The notes under the pieces were generated by a model, which saw only the letters and a list, made by a program, of their open reading frames with translations, was not told where the DNA came from and did no database searches. A stretch of DNA of 64,000 bases from Candidatus Moanibacter sp. (lineage in GTDB: Bacteria > Verrucomicrobiota > Verrucomicrobiia > Opitutales > UBA2987). The stretch is from positions 64,001 through 128,000 of the forward strand of contig CBDCEW010000105.1 in NCBI GenBank assembly GCA_965215885.1, read 5' to 3'. The translations under genes were made by a program, and so were the position numbers. Positions 32,039 through 42,396 of this stretch are shown here, piece by piece (the stretch's first letter is position 1; every line of letters begins with the position of its first letter).

Positions 32039-32865
32039 AAAAGCATCTACTGAACTCGAAGCAGATGGCCCGATTCGTGGCATCGGGCTATCTCAAGTTT
32101 GAAAAAATGGTATCCAGGAAGTTGTGTGTGGCCGCCCTGGAGGAGATGAAGAATCGGAAACGGGGATTTTACGCCGTCGGCACCCCCTTTGAGAAGACCT
32201 GGCCAAAGGGCACGGCCCTCGGCGATATCTTCCGCCTGCCAAAGGTTAAAGGGCTGATTCACTCCCTCGTCGGCCCCGATCCTCTCTACGATCACCACGC
32301 CGCTCATTTCGTGGCCGCGAAGAAGATGACCGGGCCAAACACCCACCAGGATTCCGTGATCGATTTTCGTGAGAACTATTTCGACATACAGTTGTCCCTC
32401 TTTCCGGCTGATACGCCCGACGAAATGGGCGGCACTTTTTTGATCCCGGGTACGCAGTTCCGCAATGTGCGCACTGGGGAGATCACCTTTTACCAGCATA
32501 TGCGGGGCAAGATCTGGGCCAGCTGCACCGCGGGCACGATGTACGTATGGAACACCCGCGTGTGGCACGGCGCCCGCAGCAACCACACCGATCAAGACCG
32601 GTTCATGTATAAGCTACGCCTGAACCCTACGCGCCCGCAGATTCGCAATTTCGATACCTCGGATCTCGATGATCCGGAAATCCCGGGGATTCTTTCGACA
32701 AACCACGATTGGGAAGGGAACGAGCACCGCTACGAGACCATGCGCCGCGTGCACCTTTGGCGTTATCTCTCTGACCAGCCCGATTTCGACATCGGCGAAC
32801 GTTTTCTCCGGCGCATCGAGTACCTTCCTACCCGGGAGGGTAAGAAGGCGGCATTGGCACGGTAA
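32035..32865 (+). CDS. PhyH-family dioxygenase
   Basis: HQD and WHGARSN; near-identical protein to 10171-11001. Confidence 0.9.
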   Translation: MKKHLLNSKQMARFVASGYLKFEKMVSRKLCVAALEEMKNRKRGFYAVGTPFEKTWPKGTALGDIFRLPKVKGLIHSLVGPDPLYDHHAAHFVAAKKMTGPNTHQDSVIDFRENYFDIQLSLFPADTPDEMGGTFLIPGTQFRNVRTGEITFYQHMRGKIWASCTAGTMYVWNTRVWHGARSNHTDQDRFMYKLRLNPTRPQIRNFDTSDLDDPEIPGILSTNHDWEGNEHRYETMRRVHLWRYLSDQPDFDIGERFLRRIEYLPTREGKKAALAR

Positions 32866-33092
32866 GCCCGTTTGTTTAATAAATCCCCCTCCACTAAATC
32901 CCGCAAGGTCTTCCGTAAGCAGATCCGAGGTACTGCGGAGTCCCGGCGCGCCGGGATGGGTAACTCTTTCTCTTCGCTTTCTTTGTTTCTTTCTGTTCAA
33001 TCCTCTTCAAGTTCTCTGCGTTCTCTGGGTCCTCTGCGGTTTCACGTCTGGTTCTTCGAACAGCTTCTATTTAGAGCCTGTTCGAAAAGGCT

Positions 33093-33399
33093 CTAACTAC
33101 AGTCTCCCATATCGACTAACTCTGACACCTCTAGTGATCCGCCAATATCAAGAAAAGGGCAAGCCTTGGCAATCGACAGTGCCGCCTCCATAGAATCCGC
33201 TTCAATTATAGTGTAACCAGACATTGTCGTTGTGCCTCCGGTGGAAACAGTACCATCAGAGTTTACTGTGCTCGTATCCTTTAGCGGATTGGCAGGACTA
33301 ACTGCAGAGTCGCCCAATGAAGATGCGCATCCACTCCATATATTTCGACATATGTTGCTTTCCTTCCTCTGGGCTGGATGGCTGATCGCCACCTAGATA
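33093..33399 (-). pseudogene. YCII-related protein, 5' end removed at the IS boundary, with a frameshift
   Basis: YLGGDQPSSPEEGKQHMSKYMEW then LGDSAVSPANPL...SGYTIIEADSMEAALSIAKACP. Confidence 0.75.
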
Positions 33400-35316
33400 G
33401 ACCCCATTCGAAAAGCCTTTCGAGCGGGCGGTTTAAGGTTCTCCGCCACGGGCGGACCAGCCTATGGCTGGCAGGTTTCGGGTTTTAGGCTGCCGGCGCT
33501 GCCGATGAGCAGGTATTGAGCGGCCATCGGCGTGGCTTGCTGCACAATACGTATATTTGCCGCTGTCTGGAGGCATACTCATCCCGTGGTGCTTTTTTCT
33601 CTGAGCTTCAAAGCGGTCAGATTCAGGCTGCCTGTTCCAGTTCCTCCCCTCGGCGTTTCTTCATCAGTATGATGCGGCAGAAGTTGTAGGCCAGAACCTT
33701 CTCGAGCAGTTCATCGCCTACCGCATCGATGCCGCGGCGGCCGAGTTCGCCAAAGGCAAATCCATCTTTAATCGTGAACATCAGCGACTCCACTGCGGAG
33801 CGATCGCGGCGTGCCTCGCGATACGCCTCGCTCTCCCAGTCCTCGGGGGTGGTCAACTTCTTGCCCTTCGCCCCACTGATACTGATCTGCTTTACCCCCA
33901 TGCTCAGCACCTCCTTGCGTCCCTTCGCCGAAGCATATCCGTCATCGGTGCTGACCAGTTCAGCAATGACACCGGTGCGCTTGATCGAATCGCCGATGGC
34001 CGGCGCCAGCTCAATGGAGTCTGCCGCGTTGCCTTGCGGTACGATCAGGCTGGTGACAAAACCGTTTTCGCTGCGAACCAGTTGTGGCTTGTACCCGATC
34101 ACTGGATTGCGGCTGCCCTTCTTGATGTAGGCCGCCGATCCGTCCGAGAGGCTCAGGACCTTCTGTGTGGACGGTAGCTTCTTTTCGTGAAACACCCGAT
34201 CATGAGCATACTCAACAACCCGCTTGGCGTCGGCAATATCGCCCCTGATCTGGCTCAATGCCCGCTCCAGAAGCTCCCGGCGAGTGGGAGGCAGTGAATC
34301 CATCGACAGGCCCTCTTCAAGATGGCTCAGTTCCCCCGTTAGTGAGTCGGCCGCCTTGCGGCCCCGCTTGAGCAACCGCCGGTAGTGTTTCTTCAGCTTG
34401 CCCTTCGACTTCGGTTTGCCCGCGGCCAGACAAATCTGAAACTCCAGCTTGTCCATTTCCTCCAGCCAACGCCCAACCCATCCCTTGCGAAAATCCTCCA
34501 GCCCGAAGACATGCAACTTCTGACCCAAACGATTGGCCCGCATCAAAAGACCGCTCAGAATCTTCCCATCGGTGGGCCAGCAGCTGTTTGCTTTCACCGA
34601 GGTGCTGTCGATCGTCAGCTTCCCGAAATCGTCCCATTGCTCCTGGAGGATAAACCCAATCTGTTTATCAAAGATCAACTCGCGGGTCGTATGGCTGACC
34701 AGGTTCACGTTCTCCAGAATCGTCGTCACCGCCGGCATTCTCAGTCCCCCGCTCTGCAAAAATCCGTACAAGCTCATCGACTCGCGCACAAACCGCCGTG
34801 CCGGTTTCGTGGTCAACGAACCCAGAAACCCTCGAATCATCACGAACACGTATACCGCATAAGCCGGCATCCGCGGCCGGCCTGCCCCAAGATTCAATTC
34901 AGCAGCCAGAATATTCTCCTCCTCGATGTCCAGCTCCGGCAGCTCCGCTGTGCGCCCTTCAAAGAACCTTCGATCTTCCAATCGAAGTTTCTTCTTCTCA
35001 CGCGCATGGGCGTCCAGATCCTTCTCGATCGCCTCGATGATTTGCGCCGCGAACCCGGCCAATTCTTCAACTTCATCCAGAAAATCACGGAAATCCGTGT
35101 CTGGAACCGGCAGAATGAGGTTGCTAAGGGGCGTCTTATCGCTTTTGTTCTCCTCTGTCGCACATGTTGGCATGTTTAACTCCTTTCTTAATCTTAGGTT
35201 GTTAAACACTAGCATGTTGCGACACTTTTTATCAAGCCAAAAAATGATTTTTCTCAAGTTTTTCTTGCGCCTTTTGCGCCTCTTTGCGGCCAATCAGTAG
35301 CTTTTCGGATAAGGTC
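33400..35316 (-). mobile_element. IS5/ISNCY-like IS, copy 2 (intact transposase)
   Basis: Same 17-bp IRs as copy 1. Flanks TAGATA / TATCTA are not direct repeats. Confidence 0.92.
33623..35173 (-). CDS. DDE transposase, IS5/IS1182/ISNCY-like
   Basis: IDSTSVKAN, SLSDGSAAYIKKG, GYKPQ, TDDGYAS, RSAVESLMFTIK; AGGAG RBS. Confidence 0.88.
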   Translation of the reverse strand: MPTCATEENKSDKTPLSNLILPVPDTDFRDFLDEVEELAGFAAQIIEAIEKDLDAHAREKKKLRLEDRRFFEGRTAELPELDIEEENILAAELNLGAGRPRMPAYAVYVFVMIRGFLGSLTTKPARRFVRESMSLYGFLQSGGLRMPAVTTILENVNLVSHTTRELIFDKQIGFILQEQWDDFGKLTIDSTSVKANSCWPTDGKILSGLLMRANRLGQKLHVFGLEDFRKGWVGRWLEEMDKLEFQICLAAGKPKSKGKLKKHYRRLLKRGRKAADSLTGELSHLEEGLSMDSLPPTRRELLERALSQIRGDIADAKRVVEYAHDRVFHEKKLPSTQKVLSLSDGSAAYIKKGSRNPVIGYKPQLVRSENGFVTSLIVPQGNAADSIELAPAIGDSIKRTGVIAELVSTDDGYASAKGRKEVLSMGVKQISISGAKGKKLTTPEDWESEAYREARRDRSAVESLMFTIKDGFAFGELGRRGIDAVGDELLEKVLAYNFCRIILMKKRRGEELEQAA

Positions 35317-36053
35317 TATCTAAGGCCCGCTTTACGACGGAAGTCTTCTATCTGATTGAAGCGTTCCCACAGGCTGCTCATCTGTTCCACTTTGAGGCAG
35401 ACCGCATGGGAGTTATCGGTTTCATTGAGCGCCTGGCTCTGTGCCGCGGGCAATGGCCCTGAAGCGCGCAAAAGCTCAAGGGCATTAGCCTTGAGGGGTT
35501 TGACCCAGATCTGCTTGGGACGCTCATGGCGTTGATAGAAATCTTCGCGTTGGCGGCCATATCCCGCGCTCAAGCCCAAGGGCGTCCACCCGCTCGCTTC
35601 GTAGCAAGTGCCCCGGTGAATCTGTGGGTCCACGAACGTTTCCGCTACTAAGGGACGATAGCCAAAAGCCTCCTGCCAGTGATCGGCTAAGACTCTCAGG
35701 CACATACCCAACGTCTTGGAGGCCAAATTTGCAAGATCCACCCAGGGCAAAATCAGAAAACGCCGGTTCTGTACTACCAGTTTCAATCGTGCATGCCGTT
35801 GCGCCCCGTCCCACCCGATCCATTCGTCTCGATCCTTCAGCCGGTAGGATGCGGCCCCCCACAAGAGCAGGCCCATCCATTGCCCGTCGATCTGCGCCAC
35901 ATAGCGCAGGGTCTCTCCTGCGCTGCCCGCACTGTGTAAATAATGATGTTGTTTCAATAGATCATTGAATCGCTCCTGCTCTTCGGGCAGGACCAGACGC
36001 AGAGTTAAACGATCTATCGAAGGATTCAGTTGGTAAGATTTTTTGTCTTTCAT
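35316..36053 (-). pseudogene. DUF4338-domain N-terminus of an ISAs1-type transposase, truncated by the IS
   Basis: HHYL, RDEWIGW, NRRFLILP, ETFVDP, GTCYEASGW, then EDFRRKAG (start of an ISAs1-associated domain). CAGGG-type end at 36148. Confidence 0.75.
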
Positions 36054-36148
36054 CCCATCTTAACATGACTGATTCCCTCGGGTTTGTTTAGCTCTTTTTT
36101 TATCTTCTTGCTTATCAGCTAGTTGCTTCCTGGAATCCTTTTACCCTG

Positions 36149-36234
36149 ACTGTCGCCCGCCGTGCTTCGGAAAGGCATTGACACGCAGCGATCTACGCCG
36201 TCTCGCTACGAAGTGTGTGAAATGTTCGGGCTAG
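36149..36234. repeat. Right half of the 182-bp MITE (cut by the ISAs1-like element)
   Basis: Matches 51790-51875 and ends GAAATGTTCGGGCTAG. Confidence 0.8.
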
Positions 36235-36263
36235 CTACATCAGATGCTTTTTAACATATACAA

Positions 36264-36287
36264 ATCCCCCGGGCTTGCCCCGGGGAT
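36264..36287. repeat. IS200/IS605-like terminal hairpin remnant
   Basis: ATCCCCCGGGCTTGCCCCGGGGAT. Confidence 0.4.
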
Positions 36288-36365
36288 CGTTAGGTTTCAG
36301 GGCTATGGAAGGTATCTGAGCACATCTCATTGCTCACCCCTTTAGTCCGGAAAGGAACAGCCCTC

Positions 36366-37898
36366 ATGTCTTCACAAAGCCGTTCTCGGCCCAACATCGT
36401 CCTGATCATGTCGGATCAGCACAATCCCCACGTCATGGGATGCTCGGGTGATTCGGTCGTCCAGACACCCCATCTTGATGCCTTGGCCGCGGAGGGGATC
36501 CACTGCACCTCAGCCTACTGCGCTTACCCGCTCTGTGTCCCTTCACGGATGGCATTCATGACCGGTCAGTATGCGAGCGAGATAGGAGTCTGGCACAACC
36601 CCTCCATTCTACGCTCGGATATTCCGACCTTTGCTCATGCTTTCGGAGCTTCAGGCTACGAAGCCGTTCTATGCGGGCGCATGCACTTCAACGGGCCCGA
36701 CCAGTTTCACGGATTCGAAAGCCGCATATACGGAGACTGCAGCAACTTCATTAGCCGGGAAATCGCAGGATCCGGGAACAACCGTACCACCGGTCAGCGA
36801 AAGTACGCAGTGGAGGTCTCCGGCTACGGGAAAGCGGGTTACTCCCAATTCGATGAGCGCGTCACGGCTCGCGCCTGTAGCTTTCTTGCAAACCGCGATT
36901 CCGCGAAGCGGCCATTCTGCCTGGTGGTGGGATACATGCTGCCACACAACCCGCTAATCTGCGACAAGGTCCTTTTCGAACGGTACCTGGAAAAGTTACC
37001 CGTTCCCGATCCTCCGATCAGTGATTTGTCAGAGCTCCCACTCCCCATCCGTAAGTGGTGGGAGCGCCGGGGCGTGCAGGATCTTACGCCACACCAGAAC
37101 CACCGGGCGCTCGCCGCTTACTATGGCTTGGTCACGGAACTGGATCGAAATATCGGTCGGTTGGTTAGCACGGTGCGGACCTCACCCGCGGCGTCGAACA
37201 CCATTCTCGTATACTGCTCCGACCACGGAGACAGCGCTTGCGAACACGGAATGTGGTGGAAAAGCAGTTACTTCGAAGGAGCAGCCCGTGTTCCTCTCAT
37301 CTTTTCCTGGCCTGGTCATTTCCCGGGCCGATCAACCGTCGATGCCGTACTCAGCCTGATCGATGTCGGACCGACCCTGCTGGATCTCGCCGGGGCGAAA
37401 CCAATGTCCGATATCAGCGGGAAAAGCTTCGGCCGCCTGCTCTTTGAACCCTCCGCATCCGCGGACACCTGGCCGAACGAAATTTTCTGCGAATATATCG
37501 GAGCACACGGAGATAAACCTTCCTGTATGGTGCGATCGGGGCCGTGGAAACTCATGTATTATTCCGAGTTCGACTCGTATCTCCTCTTTAACCTCAATGA
37601 AGATCCCGGAGAACTTCGCGACCGTGCCGCGGATCCGTCCTGCAAAGCCCTTGCGGATCACCTCCTGGATAAGATTCACCGGCGGTGGTCGGCCCGCCGC
37701 ATGCTCGATGGGTATGCGCGAGAACGCCGCGCTCAGGACCTGCTGCGGCGATGCGGTCACCCGCCAATTCCGCACGCACTCCAGCATGATTCCCCGGCGG
37801 AAGACGCCAATCAGTTCGATTTCTCACAAGTTCATAACTGGGAAGCGATCAAATCACGTGCTGCCCGGGAAGGCAATCTGCCCGATACTTCCAGTTGA
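36366..37898 (+). CDS. Sulfatase (choline-sulfatase-like)
   Basis: RPNIVLIMSDQH, CVPSR, GRMHF, PHNP, SDHGD. Confidence 0.93.
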   Translation: MSSQSRSRPNIVLIMSDQHNPHVMGCSGDSVVQTPHLDALAAEGIHCTSAYCAYPLCVPSRMAFMTGQYASEIGVWHNPSILRSDIPTFAHAFGASGYEAVLCGRMHFNGPDQFHGFESRIYGDCSNFISREIAGSGNNRTTGQRKYAVEVSGYGKAGYSQFDERVTARACSFLANRDSAKRPFCLVVGYMLPHNPLICDKVLFERYLEKLPVPDPPISDLSELPLPIRKWWERRGVQDLTPHQNHRALAAYYGLVTELDRNIGRLVSTVRTSPAASNTILVYCSDHGDSACEHGMWWKSSYFEGAARVPLIFSWPGHFPGRSTVDAVLSLIDVGPTLLDLAGAKPMSDISGKSFGRLLFEPSASADTWPNEIFCEYIGAHGDKPSCMVRSGPWKLMYYSEFDSYLLFNLNEDPGELRDRAADPSCKALADHLLDKIHRRWSARRMLDGYARERRAQDLLRRCGHPPIPHALQHDSPAEDANQFDFSQVHNWEAIKSRAAREGNLPDTSS

Positions 37899-37989
37899 CA
37901 GCCGCTCCGTGTCGAAAACTGCACAGTGAAAAGTCAACCAAATCCAAAGACGGCTATCCATCGTTGTGCTAAGCTTTTGCCCGTTCACC

Positions 37990-38859
37990 ATGACGCACAC
38001 ACAGATCCACCAAATGGACGAGATGGCATTGAAAACGGAGTTTGACCGCGAGGGATTCGTTATCCTCCGCGACATCATTCCTTCCGACTACGTGGAAAAC
38101 GCAAAACCGGCGATCAATACCCTTGTCGATCGGGAGGCGGACCGGCTGGTATCCGAGGGCAAGCTGGCCGAGCGCTTCACGGGAGATCCTTTTGAATCCC
38201 GCTTGATTCGATTATTTGAGCGGTACCCCGACGAAGCGCCTAAGAGCTACCGACCGGAGCTTCACTTGGCGCCGTTGTTTCACTTTTTTTTCAACCCCGC
38301 TATTCTCGATCTGGTGCAAGTCACTCTGGGCGACGAAATCCGCCTCTACCCCAATTACACGCTTCGCCCGAAAGTTCCGGATAACGTTCGGGGGCAGGTT
38401 CTCTGGCACCAGGACGGCGGTTACACGGCGAAAGGAAACGCGGACTCCGAAGTTGAAACCCTCTTGATGGTCAACGCTTGGACGCCGCTTGTTCCGGTCA
38501 ATCGCGAAAACGGATGTATGCAATTCATTCCGGGCACGCACAAGAAAGGGGTTGTACCTCACGTAAAAAAGGAGCATTACCTGGAAATTCGCCGCGATAT
38601 CATTGAACAGCGCCTGAGAACGAGCGATCCGGTCGATATCGAAATGTCGCCAGGCGATGTCGTACTCTTTCATAACCTCTTGTTTCACCACGGATTGCCG
38701 AACCGTTCAAAAACCATTCGATGGAGCCTCGATTTCCGATATCAGGATGCCCGTCAGCCTACATTCCGGGCTCACAACGGCCATCTTGCGCGAAGCAGAG
38801 CGCATCCGGAAGCGGTGGTCCGGTCTCCAGAACAATGGGCCGGCCTGAGCTTTGTTTAG
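37990..38859 (+). CDS. PhyH-family dioxygenase
   Basis: FDREGF, LWHQD, NGCMQFIPGTH, GDVVLF, HHG..N...RWSLDFRY. Confidence 0.92.
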   Translation: MTHTQIHQMDEMALKTEFDREGFVILRDIIPSDYVENAKPAINTLVDREADRLVSEGKLAERFTGDPFESRLIRLFERYPDEAPKSYRPELHLAPLFHFFFNPAILDLVQVTLGDEIRLYPNYTLRPKVPDNVRGQVLWHQDGGYTAKGNADSEVETLLMVNAWTPLVPVNRENGCMQFIPGTHKKGVVPHVKKEHYLEIRRDIIEQRLRTSDPVDIEMSPGDVVLFHNLLFHHGLPNRSKTIRWSLDFRYQDARQPTFRAHNGHLARSRAHPEAVVRSPEQWAGLSFV

Positions 38860-39226
38860 CCCGCTTTTTGTGGCCGGAAAGAAACAGCGCTAAAGGATGG
38901 AGACTTCGCCGCCAAGGGTTCGACGGAAATTTGTGAGAAAAGCGGGCTAGTGTTGTGTCCCGCAAATACCTTTACACAGGTGAGAGCGCCATTGAGGCGC
39001 AGCGCAAGGCGGGCAGACGGGAGGAAGCCCTCTGGGCTTTCCCCGCCTGCACAACGCTGCGAACCCCTCGATGCCGCCTCATTCTTCAAGAACAGGGCGC
39101 TTTTGTGTCCCAGCGGCGTTCGCGCCCAAGGAGCAGTGCCTATGGCACAGCACACTTGTCGCTGCCTTGCTGGAGACGCAAAATCACTCCTGCCTGTGTG
39201 AAGGTATTTGCGGGACACAACACTAG
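38856..39226. mobile_element. Two abutting MITEs (38856-38950; 38947-39226 with 34-bp IRs)
   Basis: TTAGCCCGCTTTT/AAAAGCGGGCTAG, and CTAGTGTTGTGTCCCGCAAATACCTTyACACAGG at both ends of the second. Confidence 0.85.
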
Positions 39227-39332
39227 AGGAATCGATTTTGGCCGACTCTCCGGAAAATTCACCTGAATCTTCAATGTCCATGCGGGTATTCGGCTCGATC
39301 CCTAACGTATCCTTTTTCGTGGAACTTGCCGA

Positions 39333-39427
39333 AGTGGCACGAAGGCTTCCAGCCTCAACGAAAAGTGAAAAGTCGCATGATACCGCCCGGTATCAGCATT
39401 TTCACAGGCTGGAAGCCTGTGCCACTT
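39333..39427. repeat. REP-like inverted pair
   Basis: AGTGGCACGAAGGCTTCCAGCCT ... AGGCTGGAAGCCTGTGCCACT. Confidence 0.7.
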
Positions 39428-39515
39428 TGCTGTCCAAAGTTTCATTCATGTTTGATCCGGCATGGGTCAGCGCGCCGGGGGCGCGACTGACTTGGTACAA
39501 CGATTCAGCCTTACG

Positions 39516-40913
39516 ATGGATCAGCATATGTCGCAGGAACTGAAAAACCGCATCCACGCCGATTACCCCGAACTGCGCGATCCGCGATTACCGGATTGGG
39601 ACAAGGCTCGTATCCTAAGGACGTGGACTTGGTCGCTCGTCGATGTCGCCTGGCCGCCGGTGAGCTACGATCAGCAAAAGGACTGGCATCGAAGCGAAGC
39701 CGACGAAGCCGACCGGTTGGTCGAAAGGTTCGATTCGGACAAGGGCGGCGTTTGGTGCGAAGGGGCCGCCTTCACGCTTCAGAAAATCTACGCCCTATAC
39801 GGATTCGAGGCCTATCTTATTACGCTCTCCCAGCGGTATGAACAGGGCTGGGGAAGCCACACCATGACACTGATTCATATCGAGGACGGGAGCCGCCGCA
39901 TCTGGTCGCTCCAGGACGCCTATTTTGACAATGCGATTACTGACGCTGGGGGAAGGCCGCTGGATTACGTCGAGTTTCTACAGCGCCTCAAGGCCCGCAG
40001 GCTCCATGAAGTCGGGTTGAAGGAATTTGATGTACCCGTTCGGTTCCTTCCGGCCGTCATTGTACCTGCCTATAAGGCCATCGGTAAGACCGAAAAAGAA
40101 ATCGCTTACAACCATTGGCCCGTCGACCTCGACAGCTACTCAGTCAAGCGGCTGGATGATGGAAGCGTGAAAATCGTTTCGCGACGGATGCTCAGCCAGT
40201 ACATAGCTCGATTTGACTATTTCAAGGAACTCTTGGCTGCAAACCGGGTTCCAACCGACCCGATTTACTATTTTCTCTTTGCCGACACTCGCGTTTCCGG
40301 TTCAAGCCCAAAAGCGCAAGCCCTCCGGCGGGGGATTCGTGCGATCCAGCGCGAACAGGAGCTACTCCCACTGCTCTCCTCTTCACCCCCGGTATGGCAT
40401 ACCACGCGCGGGTTCCGTGAAGGCCGGTGGAATTGGAGCACCTCCAACCCGGACGGCCGGCGGGCAAGCATTTCAGTGCCAGGCGCCGGTGCGCATACAC
40501 TCAACATTTGGATGGGTGAAGACGGCACCTGTATCGATAAGCTCATCCTTACGCAAAACCCGGATTTCACGCCAAACGGAAATGATCCGCATTCCGGTAG
40601 TGACGGGGTTCTCCTCATCGATACTTGCAATTTAGAACGAAACATTCCGCGCTCTGGATCCGCATGGATCCTGAAGACCGATAAGCCCGGATTCACGGAT
40701 TGCGGCTACATGCAAGCCCTCCCCTTGAAGGGACTAAGAATCTCTCGCAAAGAGGCCGTCGACACTGCCCCCGAACTTCAATTTTCCCTGCAGTTTCGCG
40801 CTCCCGGGACATATTTTGTTTGGGTGCGGGAAAACTGTACATCGAAATTCAGCGACTGCATCCATCTGGGGACCGATGGCGAGGTGATGGATACCATGGA
40901 TTTCTCCTTCTGA
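39516..40913 (+). CDS. Hypothetical protein: possible transglutaminase-like N-domain plus partial carbohydrate-binding-like C-domains
   Basis: GGVWCEGAA...SHTMT...QDAYF (C-H-D spacing); HTLNIWMGEDGTCIDKLILT; GTYFVWVR. Confidence 0.6.
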   Translation: MDQHMSQELKNRIHADYPELRDPRLPDWDKARILRTWTWSLVDVAWPPVSYDQQKDWHRSEADEADRLVERFDSDKGGVWCEGAAFTLQKIYALYGFEAYLITLSQRYEQGWGSHTMTLIHIEDGSRRIWSLQDAYFDNAITDAGGRPLDYVEFLQRLKARRLHEVGLKEFDVPVRFLPAVIVPAYKAIGKTEKEIAYNHWPVDLDSYSVKRLDDGSVKIVSRRMLSQYIARFDYFKELLAANRVPTDPIYYFLFADTRVSGSSPKAQALRRGIRAIQREQELLPLLSSSPPVWHTTRGFREGRWNWSTSNPDGRRASISVPGAGAHTLNIWMGEDGTCIDKLILTQNPDFTPNGNDPHSGSDGVLLIDTCNLERNIPRSGSAWILKTDKPGFTDCGYMQALPLKGLRISRKEAVDTAPELQFSLQFRAPGTYFVWVRENCTSKFSDCIHLGTDGEVMDTMDFSF

Positions 40914-40966
40914 TTGCCCCGTCGTCATCCTCCCGCATGCTGTTCCTTGCGTAAACTGTTTCGAGA

Positions 40967-42340
40967 TTAGCCATCTTTACCCGGACGTCCGTCCGTCCAC
41001 CAACGCTCACGTTCGCGGCAGATAGCATCGTCGAGATAGAGTTGCTGCTCACGGCGGTTGCGCCGGCCGCCCGGTGCACTATTCATGGTTCCCCCATTAT
41101 GGGCCGGGGTGGGCGAGAGGCTGAGGTCCAGGCTTGCCATGAGAATGCCTACTCCCTTCGTCTCCCGTTCCATCACATCACGGAAGCTGATATCGTGCAC
41201 CGGTTTGGCCGTGGGGTCGCTTTCGGGGTTCGTCACCTCCCGACCGGTCGTATCCCAGATGCCGTAACCGCTGTTATGGGAGCTGGCTATCAGACGAACG
41301 CAATTGTCGGCGCTGCGCGCAGGCATGAGCGAGCGATAGAATCCTGCACTGGGAAAAAGAATAATCTCGGCGCCTTTGAGGGCGAGCAATTCGGTCACAT
41401 CAGTAAACCAACTATCGTAACAGATGATAAACCCGAGGATCCCGAAATCCGTCTCAATAACCGGTACACTTCGACCCGGCAACACACCTGAATCCTGAAG
41501 TTCGGGGCTGTAGGGATGAACCTTGTCATAGCTTCCGGCGAGACGGCCTTCCCGATCGAAGAGGAGAGCGGTATTGTAGATGTCTCCGCTGCGGGTCTCC
41601 TGCCTGACAATTCCGCCGCCCACGTACATGCGATGGCGCCTGGCTTCCTTTGCCATCAAGGCCGCTGAAGCGCCATCGATGGGTTCCGGAAGGTACTGGC
41701 CTCGCATATATTCCGGCAGCAGGAAGAGATCGCAGTCGGCTTCACCGGCAAGATCGAGGGCGGCGGCACATCGATCGAGATCCGGTTTCCCGCGCATACA
41801 TCCCACCCGAACCCAGCGCGAGGGTACAGGCGGGCACTCCGTGAGCGAAATCGAGCGAATCCAGACTTTCTTCGATCCGGCATGGCGGAATACGATGCGA
41901 ATCTCCGCCTCCCCGTCGCCTTCGCCCGGAAGGAAAATGCGCACTGAACCTTCGACACAGCCGTTCGGGAGACGGCGAAACTCGAATATCCCGTTGCGCT
42001 CTTTCTCCAGAAAGCACTGGAAGAGCAGATTCCTGTGGGGATTCAATCCGTCCGACATGTGAAATATGACGCGAAAATAATAGGTCTTTCCCAGCCCCAT
42101 GGGTATGGTCGTGGACAGAATTCCCATGCAATGCTCGTTGCCTTCGCCGGAAGCCATGAGACATCGCTTTCCGAACTGCTCGGTCAACTCGAATTTTGGG
42201 GCGAGGCTTTCTCGCGGCGTAAAGAAGCGCCAGCCGTCCGGCAGTGCTCCGATCGCCCCCTTTTCGAAGCGTCCGTTCGGGATCAGGTCTTCGGTTGTCT
42301 CGGCCGATGTGGGATCTGGTGCTTCCGTTCCTATTCTCAT
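40967..42340 (-). CDS. Carbon-nitrogen hydrolase (nitrilase superfamily) with N-terminal CBM-like domain
   Basis: LPEY, YDKVH and ICYD (E-K-C triad); LIPNGRFE...PDGW. Confidence 0.88.
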   Translation of the reverse strand: MRIGTEAPDPTSAETTEDLIPNGRFEKGAIGALPDGWRFFTPRESLAPKFELTEQFGKRCLMASGEGNEHCMGILSTTIPMGLGKTYYFRVIFHMSDGLNPHRNLLFQCFLEKERNGIFEFRRLPNGCVEGSVRIFLPGEGDGEAEIRIVFRHAGSKKVWIRSISLTECPPVPSRWVRVGCMRGKPDLDRCAAALDLAGEADCDLFLLPEYMRGQYLPEPIDGASAALMAKEARRHRMYVGGGIVRQETRSGDIYNTALLFDREGRLAGSYDKVHPYSPELQDSGVLPGRSVPVIETDFGILGFIICYDSWFTDVTELLALKGAEIILFPSAGFYRSLMPARSADNCVRLIASSHNSGYGIWDTTGREVTNPESDPTAKPVHDISFRDVMERETKGVGILMASLDLSLSPTPAHNGGTMNSAPGGRRNRREQQLYLDDAICRERERWWTDGRPGKDG

Positions 42341-42396
42341 GTCTCGTTTCCGTTCAATCGTTCAGGCGCAGGTATGATTCGTCCCGGCATGGAGCT

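Noticed and set aside
35316..36053. Druantia (DruA) anti-phage system
   Set aside because: DUF4338 here sits inside a CAGGG-ended element and runs into an ISAs1-like domain. No DruE helicase or other dru genes are present.
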